The position numbers and the translations under genes are program-made. Shown piece by piece: positions 62,802-64,000 of a stretch of DNA of 64,000 nucleotides; within the stretch, counting starts at the first letter, position 1; each line of letters starts with the position of its first letter. The stretch spans positions 310,001 through 374,000 of the forward strand of contig CM119269.1 of NCBI GenBank assembly GCA_051294375.1, given 5' to 3'. The notes below the pieces were generated by a model. The model worked only from the letters and a program-made list of their open reading frames with translations. It was not told the origin of the DNA and did no database searches. This stretch comes from Paraspadella gotoi. Lineage: Eukaryota; Animalia; Chaetognatha.

Positions 62802-63289
62802 CAAAATTGTCGGCTTTTGTGTTCAAAACATTCGACGAGCGAAGGAACATCGACGCAGCAGCAACCATCGCAGCGGCAGTTTCCGCCGCTGAAGCAACTT
62901 TTTGCCGCAGCCCAAATTGCCACAGCCACCTTGTGAATAGATCACAATTAGTTTAAGATTTTGCATTGTGATATTGTATACAAAATAGGTTAATACCTCA
63001 ATGAATATGAAATGAGATTGAGTTTTTTAGTATGATTTACCTATTGCAGTATTTGGGATTTCCAATAGTAAAGACATGAAGTCCTGAAAAATATAAAATA
63101 AATTAAAAAAAACAAAATATTGTTCTTTATTGGATTAGATTACATATTACAATTAATCTATTAAACTTAAAATTATGTAAGAAAATTGTGTTTGTGATGA
63201 TTAAAAAATCACGGACTTCAGCTAATCTGATTGGGTCCTCGGAAGTTAGTCGTTTATAATAAATATCGTTACTATCGTTAATAACGTTT

Positions 63290-63488
63290 TGTGGTGGACT
63301 AAAATCCACCAACCGTTCATCAGCGGCCATTGGTGCCGGGGGCAAGTCATTCGCCTCCCAACCCAAAGGGAGGAACGGGGCGCTTAACCCGCCTGTAACA
63401 TGGTGTTACAGCCTGATCCGAAGCTCAGGGACTGCTTATATTGAACTGTTCTGTCACTAATTCATAACAATAATTACTGTCTCTTCAG
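63290..63488 (+). mobile_element. Second copy of the tRNA-derived SINE-like repeat, with an internal deletion removing the T arm/B box
   Basis: Reverse complement of 18414-18645 lacking ~35 nt. Confidence 0.7.
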
Positions 63489-63770
63489 TTTTTGTTATTA
63501 ATAAAAAAATAATAAAAAAAAACAGTCGTGTCCCCTTCTTTTTGTCACATCGGCATCTTATTATACTTAACATATGATTAATTGTGATAAGAGAAAGGAG
63601 GCCGAAATAAAAATCATGGAAAATAAAAAATTAATCTTCAAATATTTTCACTATAATAATTATTGCTGATCATGATATGTTACGTCTTTCTCATCTTAGT
63701 AGAGCCAAAAAAATTATGTGTGAAACATTTCCAACGAAAGGTTAGAATTCTCGCGGTTCTCGTAACGGCT

Positions 63771-63810
<40 letters not shown>

Positions 63811-63811
63811 A

Positions 63812-63847
<36 letters not shown>

Positions 63848-64000
63848 CCTACCCCTTTACCCTCCGCGCGTCCAGGGCGGAAAAAGAAAAGCAAAAACTC
63901 GGATGACAAATTGACGTCATAAATTGCGACATGGGTTTTGCCCGACGACAACGACGACGACGACGATGACGACGACGACGACGATGAAAAAGAAGACGAC

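Noticed and set aside
63700-64000. Poly-Ser/Pro ORF at the window end
   Set aside because: Mostly GTC/GCC microsatellite; cannot be supported as a gene here.

Overview
Repeat-rich eukaryotic (metazoan-like) draft genomic DNA with N gaps, GT-AG introns and abundant microsatellites. Host genes reconstructed by hand: the 3' half of a TTC38-like gene (+, 3.05-5.12 kb), a complete 9-exon DUF229 gene (+, 12.57-17.93 kb), a secreted mucin-like gene (+, 25.9-28.2 kb) and a multi-exon ankyrin-repeat gene with IkB-like architecture (-, 46.4-58.7 kb). Mobile DNA: a CsRn1-like Ty3/gypsy element with an intact pol and a -1 frameshift site, two Penelope-like elements with inverted pseudo-LTRs, hammerhead motifs and 13-bp TSDs, several MITE/TIR elements, and tRNA-derived repeats. 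The most striking region is ~28-42 kb, a decayed Polinton/Maverick-type endogenous virus: rve integrase, packaging ATPase, major capsid N-terminus, a CTCTCT-ended terminal repeat, and RING and PC4-like genes. Several of these genes carry small spliceosomal-type introns, one of which splits the ATPase Walker A motif. All calls come from reading and translating by eye; no searches were run.
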